DNA from: an uncultured bacterium
Lineage (GTDB): Bacteria; Krumholzibacteriota; Krumholzibacteriia; Krumholzibacteriales; Krumholzibacteriaceae
DNA: 11,539 nucleotides
Assembly (NCBI GenBank): GCA_965371515.1
Contig: CBDUYR010000069.1
Span: 1-11,539 of the forward strand
Direction: 5' to 3'
Shown here: piece by piece, positions 1 to 8,359 of the stretch
How positions within the stretch are numbered: the first letter of the stretch is position 1
How the letters are laid out: each line of letters opens with the position of its first letter
Made by a program: the position numbers and the translations under genes
Notes under the pieces: generated by a model
What the model saw: the letters and a program-made list of their open reading frames with translations, nothing else
Told to the model about the DNA's origin: nothing
Databases searched by the model: none

Positions 1-155
1 TCGATGATGACAAGGCGATATCAGTGGTCAACGAGGCCATATGCCGGGGATGCGGAAACTGCTTCGGTAGTTGTCCCTCAGGCGCCCTGAGAACGAAACA
101 TTTTACGAACACACAATTGATGAAGGAAGTAGCCGAGGCGATAAGACAGAGTTGA
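1..155 (+). CDS. hdrA: HdrA-family protein, 3' end only (C-terminal ferredoxin domain)
   Basis: My translation of frame 3 (not in the ORF track): DDDKAISVVNEAICRGCGNCFGSCPSGALRTKHFTNTQLMKEVAEAIRQS*, TGA at 153-155. It has a CxxCxxCxxxCP motif and matches the C-terminus of the 2866..5925 HdrA (VAVVNEALCKGCGACVASCRCGALDLRGFSNDQL). The gene is truncated by the window edge. Confidence 0.8.
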   Translation, partial: DDDKAISVVNEAICRGCGNCFGSCPSGALRTKHFTNTQLMKEVAEAIRQS

Positions 156-177
156 TCTTCCCGCCGACAGGTCGATT

Positions 178-1320
178 ATGAGTGACAGCAATAGCAAGGG
201 CAGGAAACTGGAGGGGCAGGACGCGAGGTCTTCTATAAGGACTTTCGTAAGGGAGTCTCTGGCGAAAGGCGAAATCGACGCGGTCCTCATGCCGGTCGAG
301 GTCCCGGCAGGTGACTCATACGCATGGATTCTTATGAACGATGTGGAAATCGTCGATATAGCGAATCCGATCGCGCCGGTGATGCCGGTTCAGGGCGCCA
401 AGGCTCTGAAGGCTCTTACCAGAAAGGGCGAGGGAAGCATCAAGGTGCTTGCCCTGATGAGGCCTTGCGAGATCAAGGGATCGATAGAGCTTGCCAAGCT
501 CAACCAGGTGCATCTCGACAACGTCATACTGGCTAGTTACGACTGCCCCGGCGCCGTTTCTCTCAAAGATTATACGGAGGATCCTGAGAGCTCAGAGAAG
601 AAATTCGATGCTATGCTCGGTGAGGAGGACAGGATTGCCAGCGGAGTGAAGAGAGTCTGCACAGTCTGCACAGATTTTTCCTTTGTCGATTCGGACATAC
701 ATTTCGGAAGATACGGGACAGGCGGAGATACGATCGCGATAAGCCGAAGCGAGAAGGGTGCGGATTTCCTCGGGGAGACCGACGCTGATATCTCGGCCTG
801 GCGGAGCAGGGTCGAGGAGATGACAAATAAGGCGCAAGAGGTGAGGAACGCATCGGCGGCGGAGATCGGTTCGATGATCCAGGGCCTCGAGGGCATGGTC
901 ACAACGTTTGCCAACTGCATAGGATGTCACAACTGCCAGAGCGCGTGTCCGATATGCTATTGCCGCCAGTGCTACTATGATTCGGAAGTTGCAGTCCCGG
1001 AACCCGACTCCGTTCACGACAAGGCCGGAATCAGGGGAGGGATCTCATTTCCGCGCGATCGAGTGCTCTTTCACACTGGACGCATGGCTCACATGACACT
1101 CTCATGCGTCTCCTGCGGACAGTGTACCGATGCGTGCCCCGTATTCATTCCCGTTGCAAGCGTTTTCAGCTATATGGCCGACCAGGTGCAGACAGTATTC
1201 GAGTACAGGGCCGGGGTGAACGACGGTATTGCCGTGCCGCTGAGGCGATTCCAGGAAGACGAGACGCCTCTCATCAGGGAACTCCTCGAGGGAGCGAATG
1301 AGGAGGCGCATCATGAGTAG
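178..1320 (+). CDS. FdhB/FrhB-family (F420 hydrogenase/dehydrogenase beta-subunit-like) protein with C-terminal 2x[4Fe-4S] domain, paralog 1
   Basis: 380-aa ORF with FdhB-like motifs MRPCEIKGSIELAKLNQVHLDNVILASYDCPG and KRVCTVC, then CIGCHNCQSACPICYCRQC and FHTGRMAHMTLSCVSCGQCTDACP. AGGT at 169-172 is a possible weak RBS. Confidence 0.8.
   Translation: MSDSNSKGRKLEGQDARSSIRTFVRESLAKGEIDAVLMPVEVPAGDSYAWILMNDVEIVDIANPIAPVMPVQGAKALKALTRKGEGSIKVLALMRPCEIKGSIELAKLNQVHLDNVILASYDCPGAVSLKDYTEDPESSEKKFDAMLGEEDRIASGVKRVCTVCTDFSFVDSDIHFGRYGTGGDTIAISRSEKGADFLGETDADISAWRSRVEEMTNKAQEVRNASAAEIGSMIQGLEGMVTTFANCIGCHNCQSACPICYCRQCYYDSEVAVPEPDSVHDKAGIRGGISFPRDRVLFHTGRMAHMTLSCVSCGQCTDACPVFIPVASVFSYMADQVQTVFEYRAGVNDGIAVPLRRFQEDETPLIRELLEGANEEAHHE
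1301..1306 (+). promoter_or_regulatory. Shine-Dalgarno site for the 1313 start
   Basis: AGGAGG 6 nt upstream of ATG 1313. It lies downstream of the alternative ATG at 1298, so 1313 is the likelier start. Confidence 0.7.
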
Positions 1321-2413
1321 CATAAGTATCGCCGGAACTCCAAACAAGGTGGTGACCGATTATCTGCGGCACCTTCTGACGAGCGGAAAGGCCGGGGCGG
1401 TATTAACCCTGCGCCGGTGTGAAGATACAGGCTCGTACGATTATGGATTGATTACCGATCCAGACGGCCTGGCGCACGCAGCTCCTCTCGATCCTGTAAT
1501 GCCGATGAATGGAGGAGAAGTTCTCTCCGATGTGACTCCATCGAAGGTCAAGATCGCCGCTGTGCTGAAGCCCTGCGAAGTCAGGGCGTTCATCGAGCTG
1601 GTCAAACGCGAGCAGGGTTCGATGGAAAACGTCATGATCATATCTCAGACATGTAGTGGGACTTATCCTCTGCAAATGGTTGCGAACAGGACGCTGGAAG
1701 GAAAGCTGACCGAATATTTCGAGGCTGCAGAACAAGGCGAAATACCTGAAGGGATCAGGCCCACATGCGCAGCGTGTGAACATTTCGTTCCCGGGAATAC
1801 AGATATTACAGTCTCACTGGCCGGAGAGAAGGATTCGTCCGGATCGTGCGTGCTCTATTTCAATACCGAGGAGGGCACTGCATCGGCCGAGGGATTTGAG
1901 GGGCAGAAAGAAGATAGAGATTACGATACTGGTATGGTCGAGGAACTTCTCGAGAAACGCCTCGAGGCGAAGGATAAGCTGTACTCCTCGATGATTGACG
2001 GGAAGAAGGGAATAGACGCACTGGTCGATACCTTCGGCAAATGCGTAGGCTGTCACGGCTGCAGTCATGTCTGCCCGATCTGCTATTGTATAATGTGCGA
2101 TTTTGAGTCACGAAATTTCGACTATGACATGCCATCTTTTGAGAAGGAACTCCAGCAGAAGAAGGGACTGAGACTTCCCCCCGACACGATTTATTTCCAT
2201 CTCGGAAGATTGACGCACATGAGTTTCTCCTGCGTCGGCTGCGGGCTATGTTCGGATGTCTGCCCCGCGGATATCCCCGTATCGCAGGTATTCAAGAGGA
2301 TTGGTGAGCAGACTGCAGGGTTGTTCGAGTATGTCGCCGGCAGGGACGTCGAAGAGCCGATTCCCGTACTGGTGTTCAAGGAAGAAGAACTTCTCGAATT
2401 TGACAAGGACTAG
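1313..2413 (+). CDS. FdhB/FrhB-family protein with C-terminal 2x[4Fe-4S] domain, paralog 2
   Basis: Motifs LKPCEVRAFIELVKREQGSMENVMIISQTCSGT, RPTCAAC, CVGCHGCSHVCPICYCIMC and FHLGRLTHMSFSCVGCGLCSDVCP. It is colinear with 178..1320. Start moved from 1298 to 1313 on the SD; overlaps the upstream ORF by 8 nt. Confidence 0.82.
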   Translation: MSSISIAGTPNKVVTDYLRHLLTSGKAGAVLTLRRCEDTGSYDYGLITDPDGLAHAAPLDPVMPMNGGEVLSDVTPSKVKIAAVLKPCEVRAFIELVKREQGSMENVMIISQTCSGTYPLQMVANRTLEGKLTEYFEAAEQGEIPEGIRPTCAACEHFVPGNTDITVSLAGEKDSSGSCVLYFNTEEGTASAEGFEGQKEDRDYDTGMVEELLEKRLEAKDKLYSSMIDGKKGIDALVDTFGKCVGCHGCSHVCPICYCIMCDFESRNFDYDMPSFEKELQQKKGLRLPPDTIYFHLGRLTHMSFSCVGCGLCSDVCPADIPVSQVFKRIGEQTAGLFEYVAGRDVEEPIPVLVFKEEELLEFDKD

Positions 2414-2417
2414 CGAA

Positions 2418-2843
2418 ATGAGCAATGAGTTCACCCCTAAGATTACAGCGTTTCTCTGTAAGTGGTGCTCATATACCGGCGCCGATCTGGCAGGAACGGC
2501 CAGGATACAGTACCCCACCTCGATCATTCCGATCCTGGTCATGTGTTCGAGCAGGGTCGATCCCGTATTCATAATCAAGGCATATCTGAAGGGCTCCGAC
2601 GGTGTCCTCATCGGCGGGTGCCATCCAGGCGACTGCCATTACGAGGTAGGCAACTATCATACGAGGAGGCGCTTCGCGATAGTGAAGACTATCTTCGAAT
2701 CGCTCGGTCTTGAGGCCGAGAGACTCAAACTCTCGTGGATCTCCGCGTCGGAAGGGCCGAAGTTCGCAAGGGTCAGCCATGAGTTCACCGAAAAAATAAA
2801 GGAAATAGGCGAGAATCCAGTCCGGAAAAACATGTTCCTGTAG
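2418..2843 (+). CDS. mvhD: MvhD/FlxD-like [2Fe-2S] protein (methyl-viologen-reducing hydrogenase delta subunit family), copy 1
   Basis: MSNEFTPKITAFLCKWCSYTGADLAG, VMCSSRVDP, GGCHPGDCHY and WISASEG are MvhD signatures. The likely start is ATG 2418 (AAGGA at 2405-2409, 4 nt gap after the upstream TAG), not 2256. Confidence 0.92.
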   Translation: MSNEFTPKITAFLCKWCSYTGADLAGTARIQYPTSIIPILVMCSSRVDPVFIIKAYLKGSDGVLIGGCHPGDCHYEVGNYHTRRRFAIVKTIFESLGLEAERLKLSWISASEGPKFARVSHEFTEKIKEIGENPVRKNMFL

Positions 2844-2865
2844 ATGAAAGGGCCATGAGACTTAC

Positions 2866-5800
2866 ATGATCAAGAAGAGCAAATCAGTTCTGGTCGTCGG
2901 AGCAGGGATCGCCGGCATACAGGCGTCGCTAGATCTCGCCGAACTCGGTGTGGAAGTTCATCTCATCGAGGACACTCCGTCGATAGGCGGGAGGATGCCG
3001 CAGCTCGACAAGACATTCCCGACCAACGACTGCTCGATGTGCATTCTCTCCCCCAAGATGAGTGAGGTAGTGCGTCATTCGAGGATAACCCTTCATATCA
3101 ACTCATCGCTCGATTCTATCTCGGGAGACCCTGGAGACTTCACCTGCACGGTAACACGGAGAGCCACGTACGTTGATGCCGAGAAGTGCGTATCCTGCGG
3201 GCTCTGTGAAGAGAAGTGTCCCGTAAAAGTGGACGACACATTCGATGTCGGTTTGAGGAAGCGGAAGGCGATATCGCGCTACTTTCTCCAGAGTATCCCC
3301 TCCGAATACACAATCGACAGGGACAACTGCCTGTACCTTACGAAGGGCGTTTGCAAACTCTGCGAAAAAGTATGCCCGGCCGACGCGATAAATTACGAGG
3401 ATGAGGACAGGGAGATCGTTCTCAATGTGGGATCGGTGATCCTGGCAACGGGTATCGACCCCTTCGATCCTATCGGTTTCGGCCACTTCGGCTATCACCG
3501 GTTTGACAATGTTATTACCTCTCTGGAATTCGAAAGAATGCTTTCAGCTTCCGGTCCGATAGGCGGCCATGTGGTCAGGGCGTCGGACGGGAAGGAACCG
3601 AAGAAGATCGCGTTCATCCAGTGCGTCGGGTCGCGGGACGAGAGCATAGACAGGAATTACTGCTCGTCGGCCTGCTGCATGTTTGCCATCAAGCAGTCGA
3701 TAATCGCAAAGGAGCACATCAAGGATCTCGAGCCGACGATCTTCTACATGGATATCAGGGCCTTCGGGAAGGATTTCGACAAGTACTACGATAAGGCGGA
3801 AAACCAGTACGGCGTGAGGTTCGTACGCTCGAAGGTGGCCGATATCAGCGAAACGGAGACCGGCGACCTGCGGCTGAGGTTCGTATTCGAGAACGGCGAC
3901 GTGACATACGAGGAATTCGATATGGTCATTCTTGCAATAGGGCTTCAGCCTCGTGAGGGGAGCGCGGACCTGTCCCGGAAAGTCGGTTTCAAGCTCAACG
4001 AGTACGGTTTCTGCAGGTCGGATACTTTCATGCCTCTCCAGACGACTCGAGACGGAATCTACGTGTGCGGCGCGATGAACGGCCCAAAGGATATCCCCGA
4101 ATCGGTCATCTCCGCATCGGGCGCTGTTGCCAATGCGGCGAGATTCCTGGAGTTCGAGCGCCAGGACAGGACCATCGACCCTGATGCCGTCCCGGAGAGG
4201 AACGTAACCGGGGACAGGCCGAGAGTCGGCGTTTTTGTCTGCCACTGTGGGATCAACATAGCCGGTGTTGTAGATGTAAAAGATGTGGCAGATTACGCCG
4301 CTAGCCTCGAAAATGTCGAGCACTCTGAGGACGTCATATACGCCTGTTCGACCGACTGCCTCGAGACGATAAAGAAAAGGATAGAGGAGCATGACCTGAA
4401 CAGGGTGATAGTGGCTGCCTGCACTCCGAGGACGCACGAGCCCCTCTTCAGGGAGACCGCCGCCGAGGCGGGTCTCAATCCCTATCTCGTCGAGATGTCC
4501 AATATAAGAGACCAATGTTCCTGGGCCCATATGGACGAGCCGGAGCTGGCCACAGCCAAGTCGAAGGACCTTGTGGAGATGATGGTCGCCAAGTCGAGGG
4601 GTCTCGAGCCTCTTGAACGTCTGCCGGTCGAGATCGATCCGAAGGCCCTGGTGATCGGAGGCGGCCTGTCCGGCATGAACGCGGCCCTGGCGCTCGCCGA
4701 GGCGGGACACGATGTCTTCCTCGTCGAGAAGGAGGAGGAACTCGGCGGAAACCTGAGAAACATCTTCTTCAACTTCGATGATACCGATCCGCAGGAGTAC
4801 CTTGCCGATCTGATCAGCCGTACCGAATCGAACGAGAGGATCAGGGTCTTCAAGAGCTCGACAGTCGAACAGGTCCTCGGGTCTGTGGGAAATTTTGTGA
4901 CGACGGTGAAGGCTACGGAGACCAGCGGTTCCGAGAACGTTGAACACGGCGTTGTAATCGTGGCGACCGGCGGCGAGGAGCATGCGACGGAGGAATACCT
5001 TTACGGTAAGTCGACGAGGGTCGTCAGCCAGGTCCAGTTCGAGAAGATGATTCACGAGAGAGGTTTCCCCGCTGGACGTCTCAATAACGTAGTTGTCATC
5101 CAGTGTGTCGGCTCAAGGGAAGAGGGCAGGATGTACTGCAGCAGGGTTTGCTGCACCAAGGCGGTGAAGAACGCGCTAGAGCTGAAGAAGATCAAGCCGG
5201 GCACAAACGTATTTGTCGCCTATCGTGATATGAGGACGTACGGATTCAGGGAGAAGTACTACACGAAACTCCGGGATGAGGGCGCAATCTTCATGCACTA
5301 TTCGCTCGAAAGGAAACCGGTCGTTGAGTTGCTCGATCAGGCAAATCCCGACAGCAGGCTCAGTGTGACGATGTTCGATCCGATCCTCGACGGCGAGGTC
5401 GCGGTCGACGCGGACCTGGTTGTCCTGTCGGCGGCGATCGACGCTCCGGAGAGCAACGACGTATTGGCGAAGATGCTGAAGGTACCCCTGAACTCGGACG
5501 GGATGTTCCTCGAGGCCCATGTGAAGCTGAGACCGGTCGATTTCGCGACGGAGGGGATCTTCGTTTGCGGGCTGGCCCACGGGCCGAAGGACATGGATGA
5601 ATCTATTGCACAGTCGAAGGCAGCGGCAAGCAGAGCGCTGACCTTTCTCAATCAGAAATCGATACTTGCCGAGGGAACCATCTGCCGTGTCAGGGAAGAC
5701 AGGTGCACGGGCTGCGCGTACTGCGAGTCGATCTGCGCCTATGCAGCTATCGAGGTAGATCCTGAGAAGCAGGTAGCCGTCGTGAACGAGGCCCTATGCA

Positions 5801-5925
5801 AGGGATGCGGCGCCTGCGTCGCGTCGTGCCGGTGCGGGGCGCTCGATCTACGAGGATTCAGCAACGACCAGCTCTTCTCGGTATTCGAATCGCTCGAGCT
5901 TGCGGCAGTGGAGGAGGCGGAATAG
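2866..5925 (+). CDS. hdrA: Large (1019 aa) heterodisulfide reductase subunit A family flavoprotein with two FAD/thioredoxin-reductase-like modules
   Basis: Module 1: VLVVGAGIAG, QLDKTFPTNDCSMC, inserted ferredoxin (CVSCGLCEEKCP; CLYLTKGVCKLCEKVCP), IQCVGSR...YCSSACC. Internal VGVFVCHCGINI...AACTPRTHE...IRDQCSW domain. Module 2: ALVIGGGLSG, IQCVGSR...YCSRVCC, EAHVKLRPVDF. C-terminal ferredoxin CTGCAYCESIC and CKGCGACVASC. Confidence 0.95.
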   Translation: MIKKSKSVLVVGAGIAGIQASLDLAELGVEVHLIEDTPSIGGRMPQLDKTFPTNDCSMCILSPKMSEVVRHSRITLHINSSLDSISGDPGDFTCTVTRRATYVDAEKCVSCGLCEEKCPVKVDDTFDVGLRKRKAISRYFLQSIPSEYTIDRDNCLYLTKGVCKLCEKVCPADAINYEDEDREIVLNVGSVILATGIDPFDPIGFGHFGYHRFDNVITSLEFERMLSASGPIGGHVVRASDGKEPKKIAFIQCVGSRDESIDRNYCSSACCMFAIKQSIIAKEHIKDLEPTIFYMDIRAFGKDFDKYYDKAENQYGVRFVRSKVADISETETGDLRLRFVFENGDVTYEEFDMVILAIGLQPREGSADLSRKVGFKLNEYGFCRSDTFMPLQTTRDGIYVCGAMNGPKDIPESVISASGAVANAARFLEFERQDRTIDPDAVPERNVTGDRPRVGVFVCHCGINIAGVVDVKDVADYAASLENVEHSEDVIYACSTDCLETIKKRIEEHDLNRVIVAACTPRTHEPLFRETAAEAGLNPYLVEMSNIRDQCSWAHMDEPELATAKSKDLVEMMVAKSRGLEPLERLPVEIDPKALVIGGGLSGMNAALALAEAGHDVFLVEKEEELGGNLRNIFFNFDDTDPQEYLADLISRTESNERIRVFKSSTVEQVLGSVGNFVTTVKATETSGSENVEHGVVIVATGGEEHATEEYLYGKSTRVVSQVQFEKMIHERGFPAGRLNNVVVIQCVGSREEGRMYCSRVCCTKAVKNALELKKIKPGTNVFVAYRDMRTYGFREKYYTKLRDEGAIFMHYSLERKPVVELLDQANPDSRLSVTMFDPILDGEVAVDADLVVLSAAIDAPESNDVLAKMLKVPLNSDGMFLEAHVKLRPVDFATEGIFVCGLAHGPKDMDESIAQSKAAASRALTFLNQKSILAEGTICRVREDRCTGCAYCESICAYAAIEVDPEKQVAVVNEALCKGCGACVASCRCGALDLRGFSNDQLFSVFESLELAAVEEAE
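2999..3042 (+). repeat. Dispersed near-identical segment shared by two hdrA paralogs (second copy at 11021..11064)
   Basis: cgcagctcgacaagacattcccgac is an exact 25-nt match at 2999-3023 and 11021-11045. By manual alignment 42 of 44 nt are identical. It encodes QLDKTFPTNDCxMC. Confidence 0.75.
5912..5917 (+). promoter_or_regulatory. Shine-Dalgarno site for mvhD/flxD at 5926
   Basis: AGGAGG 8 nt upstream of ATG 5926, inside the last codons of hdrA. Confidence 0.7.
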
Positions 5926-6345
5926 ATGAAGGAATGGCAGCCGAAGATACTGGCAATTCTCTGCAACTGGTGCTCGTATGCGGGTGCGGACCTCGCGGGA
6001 GTTTCCAGGATACAGTACCCGGCGAACATTCGGGTGGTGAAGGTCCCCTGCTCGGGGAGGGTCGACCCACTGTTTATAATGAAGAGTCTGCAGAGCGGTT
6101 ACGACGGGATCCTCATCTCGGGGTGCCACCCGGGGGACTGTCACTATATTTCGGGCAATTATGTTGCCAGAAGGCGGTTCGCCCTGCTCAAGCCCCTGCT
6201 CGAGTTCATCGGGGTCGAGCCGGACAGGGTCCAGTTCTCGTGGATCTCGGCGGGCGAGGGAGAGAGGTTCGCTCAGGTCGTTACTAAGGTTACAGAAGAC
6301 GTCAAGAAACTCGGTCCGGCAAAAAGGCTGGTCAAACAGGCATGA
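5926..6345 (+). CDS. flxD: FlxD/MvhD-like [2Fe-2S] protein, copy 2
   Basis: CNWCSYAGADLAG, VPCSGRVDP, SGCHPGDCHY and WISAGEG motifs. It sits between hdrA and flxCBA, as in hdrA-flxDCBA clusters. Confidence 0.9.
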   Translation: MKEWQPKILAILCNWCSYAGADLAGVSRIQYPANIRVVKVPCSGRVDPLFIMKSLQSGYDGILISGCHPGDCHYISGNYVARRRFALLKPLLEFIGVEPDRVQFSWISAGEGERFAQVVTKVTEDVKKLGPAKRLVKQA

Positions 6346-7313
6346 ACGTAAACGATGAATTGAGAGATGCAGCGAAGAAGCTGCTCGCCGATGGCGGAGC
6401 AGATATGGTCATAGGATGGGGCCGGGGATCCCTTCCCATGTCATCGACCCCGGTATTCGCCGCGACGGAGGAAGAGGCCGATGGACTCATCTTTGACGCG
6501 ACATGTGGTTCCAATCTTGCCGTGTATTTCACGAAGGACAGGCGACAGCTTGCCCGTGACGGCAAGAAGACTGCGGTCGTTGCAAAGGGGTGCGACGCCA
6601 GATCGCTCGTGCTGTACATCAAGGAACGCCAGATAGAAAGGGACAACGTGGTCATCATCGGTGTTCCATGTGACGGCATCATAGACAGGAGCAAGATCTC
6701 GGAAATGACCGGCGGGAGGGAGGTCCTCGAGTTCTCCGACAACGGGGCGAAGGTCTCGGTTAAGGGGAAGGATTTCGAGCTGGATATTCCGCGGGAGGAT
6801 GTCCTCAGCGATTCCTGTCTATCGTGCGCACACCCGGACGCAGAGATGTCTGACATCTTTGTCGGCGAACATCGTGGAAGAGGAGAAGTGAAGGATCAGT
6901 ACGCAGAGGTGGAGGAATTCGAGAAGCTCTCCATCTCGGAGAGATGGGAGAGGATGCAGCAGGAGTATTCGAAATGCATTAGATGCTACGCCTGCCGTAA
7001 CGTCTGCCCGTCATGTTACTGCAGCGAGTGTTTCGTAGATCAGAACGATCCGCAGTGGATAGGGAAGACGCTGGATTTCAGCGATACGATGATATTTCAC
7101 GTAATAAGGAACCTTCATGTCGCCGGGCGATGTGTCGAGTGCGGTTCGTGTGAGAGGGCATGCCCGATGGATATCAAACTTCTCCTGCTCAACCGCAAGG
7201 TCGCAAAAGAAGTCGCCGAGAGGTTCGGGATGGAGACGGGAGTCGATCTGGACGCTAAGCCGGCCATGTCCGATTTCAGGGAAGACGAGAAGCAGGATTT
7301 TATAATGGGGTAG
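6342..7313 (+). CDS. flxC: FlxC-like 4Fe-4S dicluster protein (FrhB/FdhB-like N-terminal region)
   Basis: AKGCDARSL, GVPCDG, CLSCAHP, CIRCYACRNVCPSCYCSECF and FHVIRNLHVAGRCVECGSCERACP. ATGA overlap with flxD; position fits flxDCBA synteny. Confidence 0.82.
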   Translation: MNVNDELRDAAKKLLADGGADMVIGWGRGSLPMSSTPVFAATEEEADGLIFDATCGSNLAVYFTKDRRQLARDGKKTAVVAKGCDARSLVLYIKERQIERDNVVIIGVPCDGIIDRSKISEMTGGREVLEFSDNGAKVSVKGKDFELDIPREDVLSDSCLSCAHPDAEMSDIFVGEHRGRGEVKDQYAEVEEFEKLSISERWERMQQEYSKCIRCYACRNVCPSCYCSECFVDQNDPQWIGKTLDFSDTMIFHVIRNLHVAGRCVECGSCERACPMDIKLLLLNRKVAKEVAERFGMETGVDLDAKPAMSDFREDEKQDFIMG

Positions 7314-7317
7314 GGCT

Positions 7318-8343
7318 ATGATAAGGCTCGACAGAAAAAGATTCGAAAGATTCATCGAAGAGCTTGCCGAGGAATACACCCTCTTTGCTCCCGTCATGAA
7401 AGACGGACAAGAGGTGTTCGACGTGGTCTCTTCGGCCGGAGATATCGATTCATCGCGCCTCAACACGGTGAGATCACCGAAGGAGATCTTCTTTCCTCAT
7501 TCCGAGGTCCTTTTCGAATACGACGAGAACAGGATAAGGACCGCTGGAGGGGAGGAGAAGCCGATTGCAGTCTGGGGGATGCGGGGTTGCGACGCAAGAA
7601 GCCTCCCGATGCTCGATAAGGTGTTCGGAAGCGATGGTGAGAGACCTGACAACGTTCGTTTCGATGACCCGTATTGGAGCGGGCGCTACGACAAGTCGCT
7701 CATCTTCTCCCTGGCCTGCAACGAGCCTCTTTCGACCTGCTTCTGCAACTGGTTCGACAGCGGGCCTCACGACCGGAAGGGCGCCGACGTATTCGTTGTC
7801 GATACGGGAGATCTCCTGCTCATGGAGCCGGGCAGCAAGAAGGGCGAAGATTACCTGAAAAGAATGAAAGATGTGGAGAAAGCGACAAAGAAGGACGAGG
7901 AGAAAGCCTCGGCGCTTGCCGCTGAAGCAGAAGGGATGCTGAAGGAGCGGACGGACATTGACGGACTGAGCGAAAAACTGAAGGAAATATTTCACAAGCC
8001 GGTCTGGGACGCCATAAGCGCGAAGTGCGTAAACTGCGGCGCATGCTCGTTCACCTGTTCGACCTGCCACTGTTTCGACATACAGGACGAAGGCAGGAGA
8101 GGGCGTGGAAAGAGGATCAGGATATGGGACACGTGCATGTTCCCGGTCTTCACGAAGGAGGCTTCGGGTCATAATCCCAGGGTGCTATCCAAGGAACGCG
8201 TCCGGCAGCGCGTCATGCACAAGTACAGTTATTTCGTGGATAATCACGGCGAGTTCCTCTGCACGGGGTGCGGCCGGTGCGTTGCCGTATGCCCCGTCAA
8301 CCTCGATATCAGGGAAGTGATCAGAGAGGTGCTGGCCTCCTGA
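7318..8343 (+). CDS. flxB: FlxB-like 4Fe-4S protein (AsrA / sulfhydrogenase beta-subunit family)
   Basis: SPKEIFFP, GMRGCDARSL, ACNEPLSTCFC, CVNCGACSFTCSTCHCFDIQD, RIRIWDTC, HNPR...RVRQRVMHKY and CTGCGRCVAVCPVNLDIREVI. Confidence 0.85.
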   Translation: MIRLDRKRFERFIEELAEEYTLFAPVMKDGQEVFDVVSSAGDIDSSRLNTVRSPKEIFFPHSEVLFEYDENRIRTAGGEEKPIAVWGMRGCDARSLPMLDKVFGSDGERPDNVRFDDPYWSGRYDKSLIFSLACNEPLSTCFCNWFDSGPHDRKGADVFVVDTGDLLLMEPGSKKGEDYLKRMKDVEKATKKDEEKASALAAEAEGMLKERTDIDGLSEKLKEIFHKPVWDAISAKCVNCGACSFTCSTCHCFDIQDEGRRGRGKRIRIWDTCMFPVFTKEASGHNPRVLSKERVRQRVMHKYSYFVDNHGEFLCTGCGRCVAVCPVNLDIREVIREVLAS

Positions 8344-8359
8344 GGACAAGGACGTTCGG

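Noticed and set aside
156..177. Small inverted repeat cgac-ag-gtcg in the first intergenic gap
   Set aside because: A 4-bp stem with a 2-nt loop and no U-tract cannot be distinguished from chance.
2256..2417. 54-aa N-terminal extension of MvhD in the ORF track
   Set aside because: It overlaps the conserved 3' end of the upstream gene. MvhD similarity begins at Met 2418, which has an RBS.
3544..5055. 503-aa minus-strand ORF, and other long antisense ORFs such as 8321..9418 and 7474..8172
   Set aside because: They lie opposite well-supported plus-strand genes and carry no recognisable motifs. They are typical shadow ORFs of GC-rich coding DNA.
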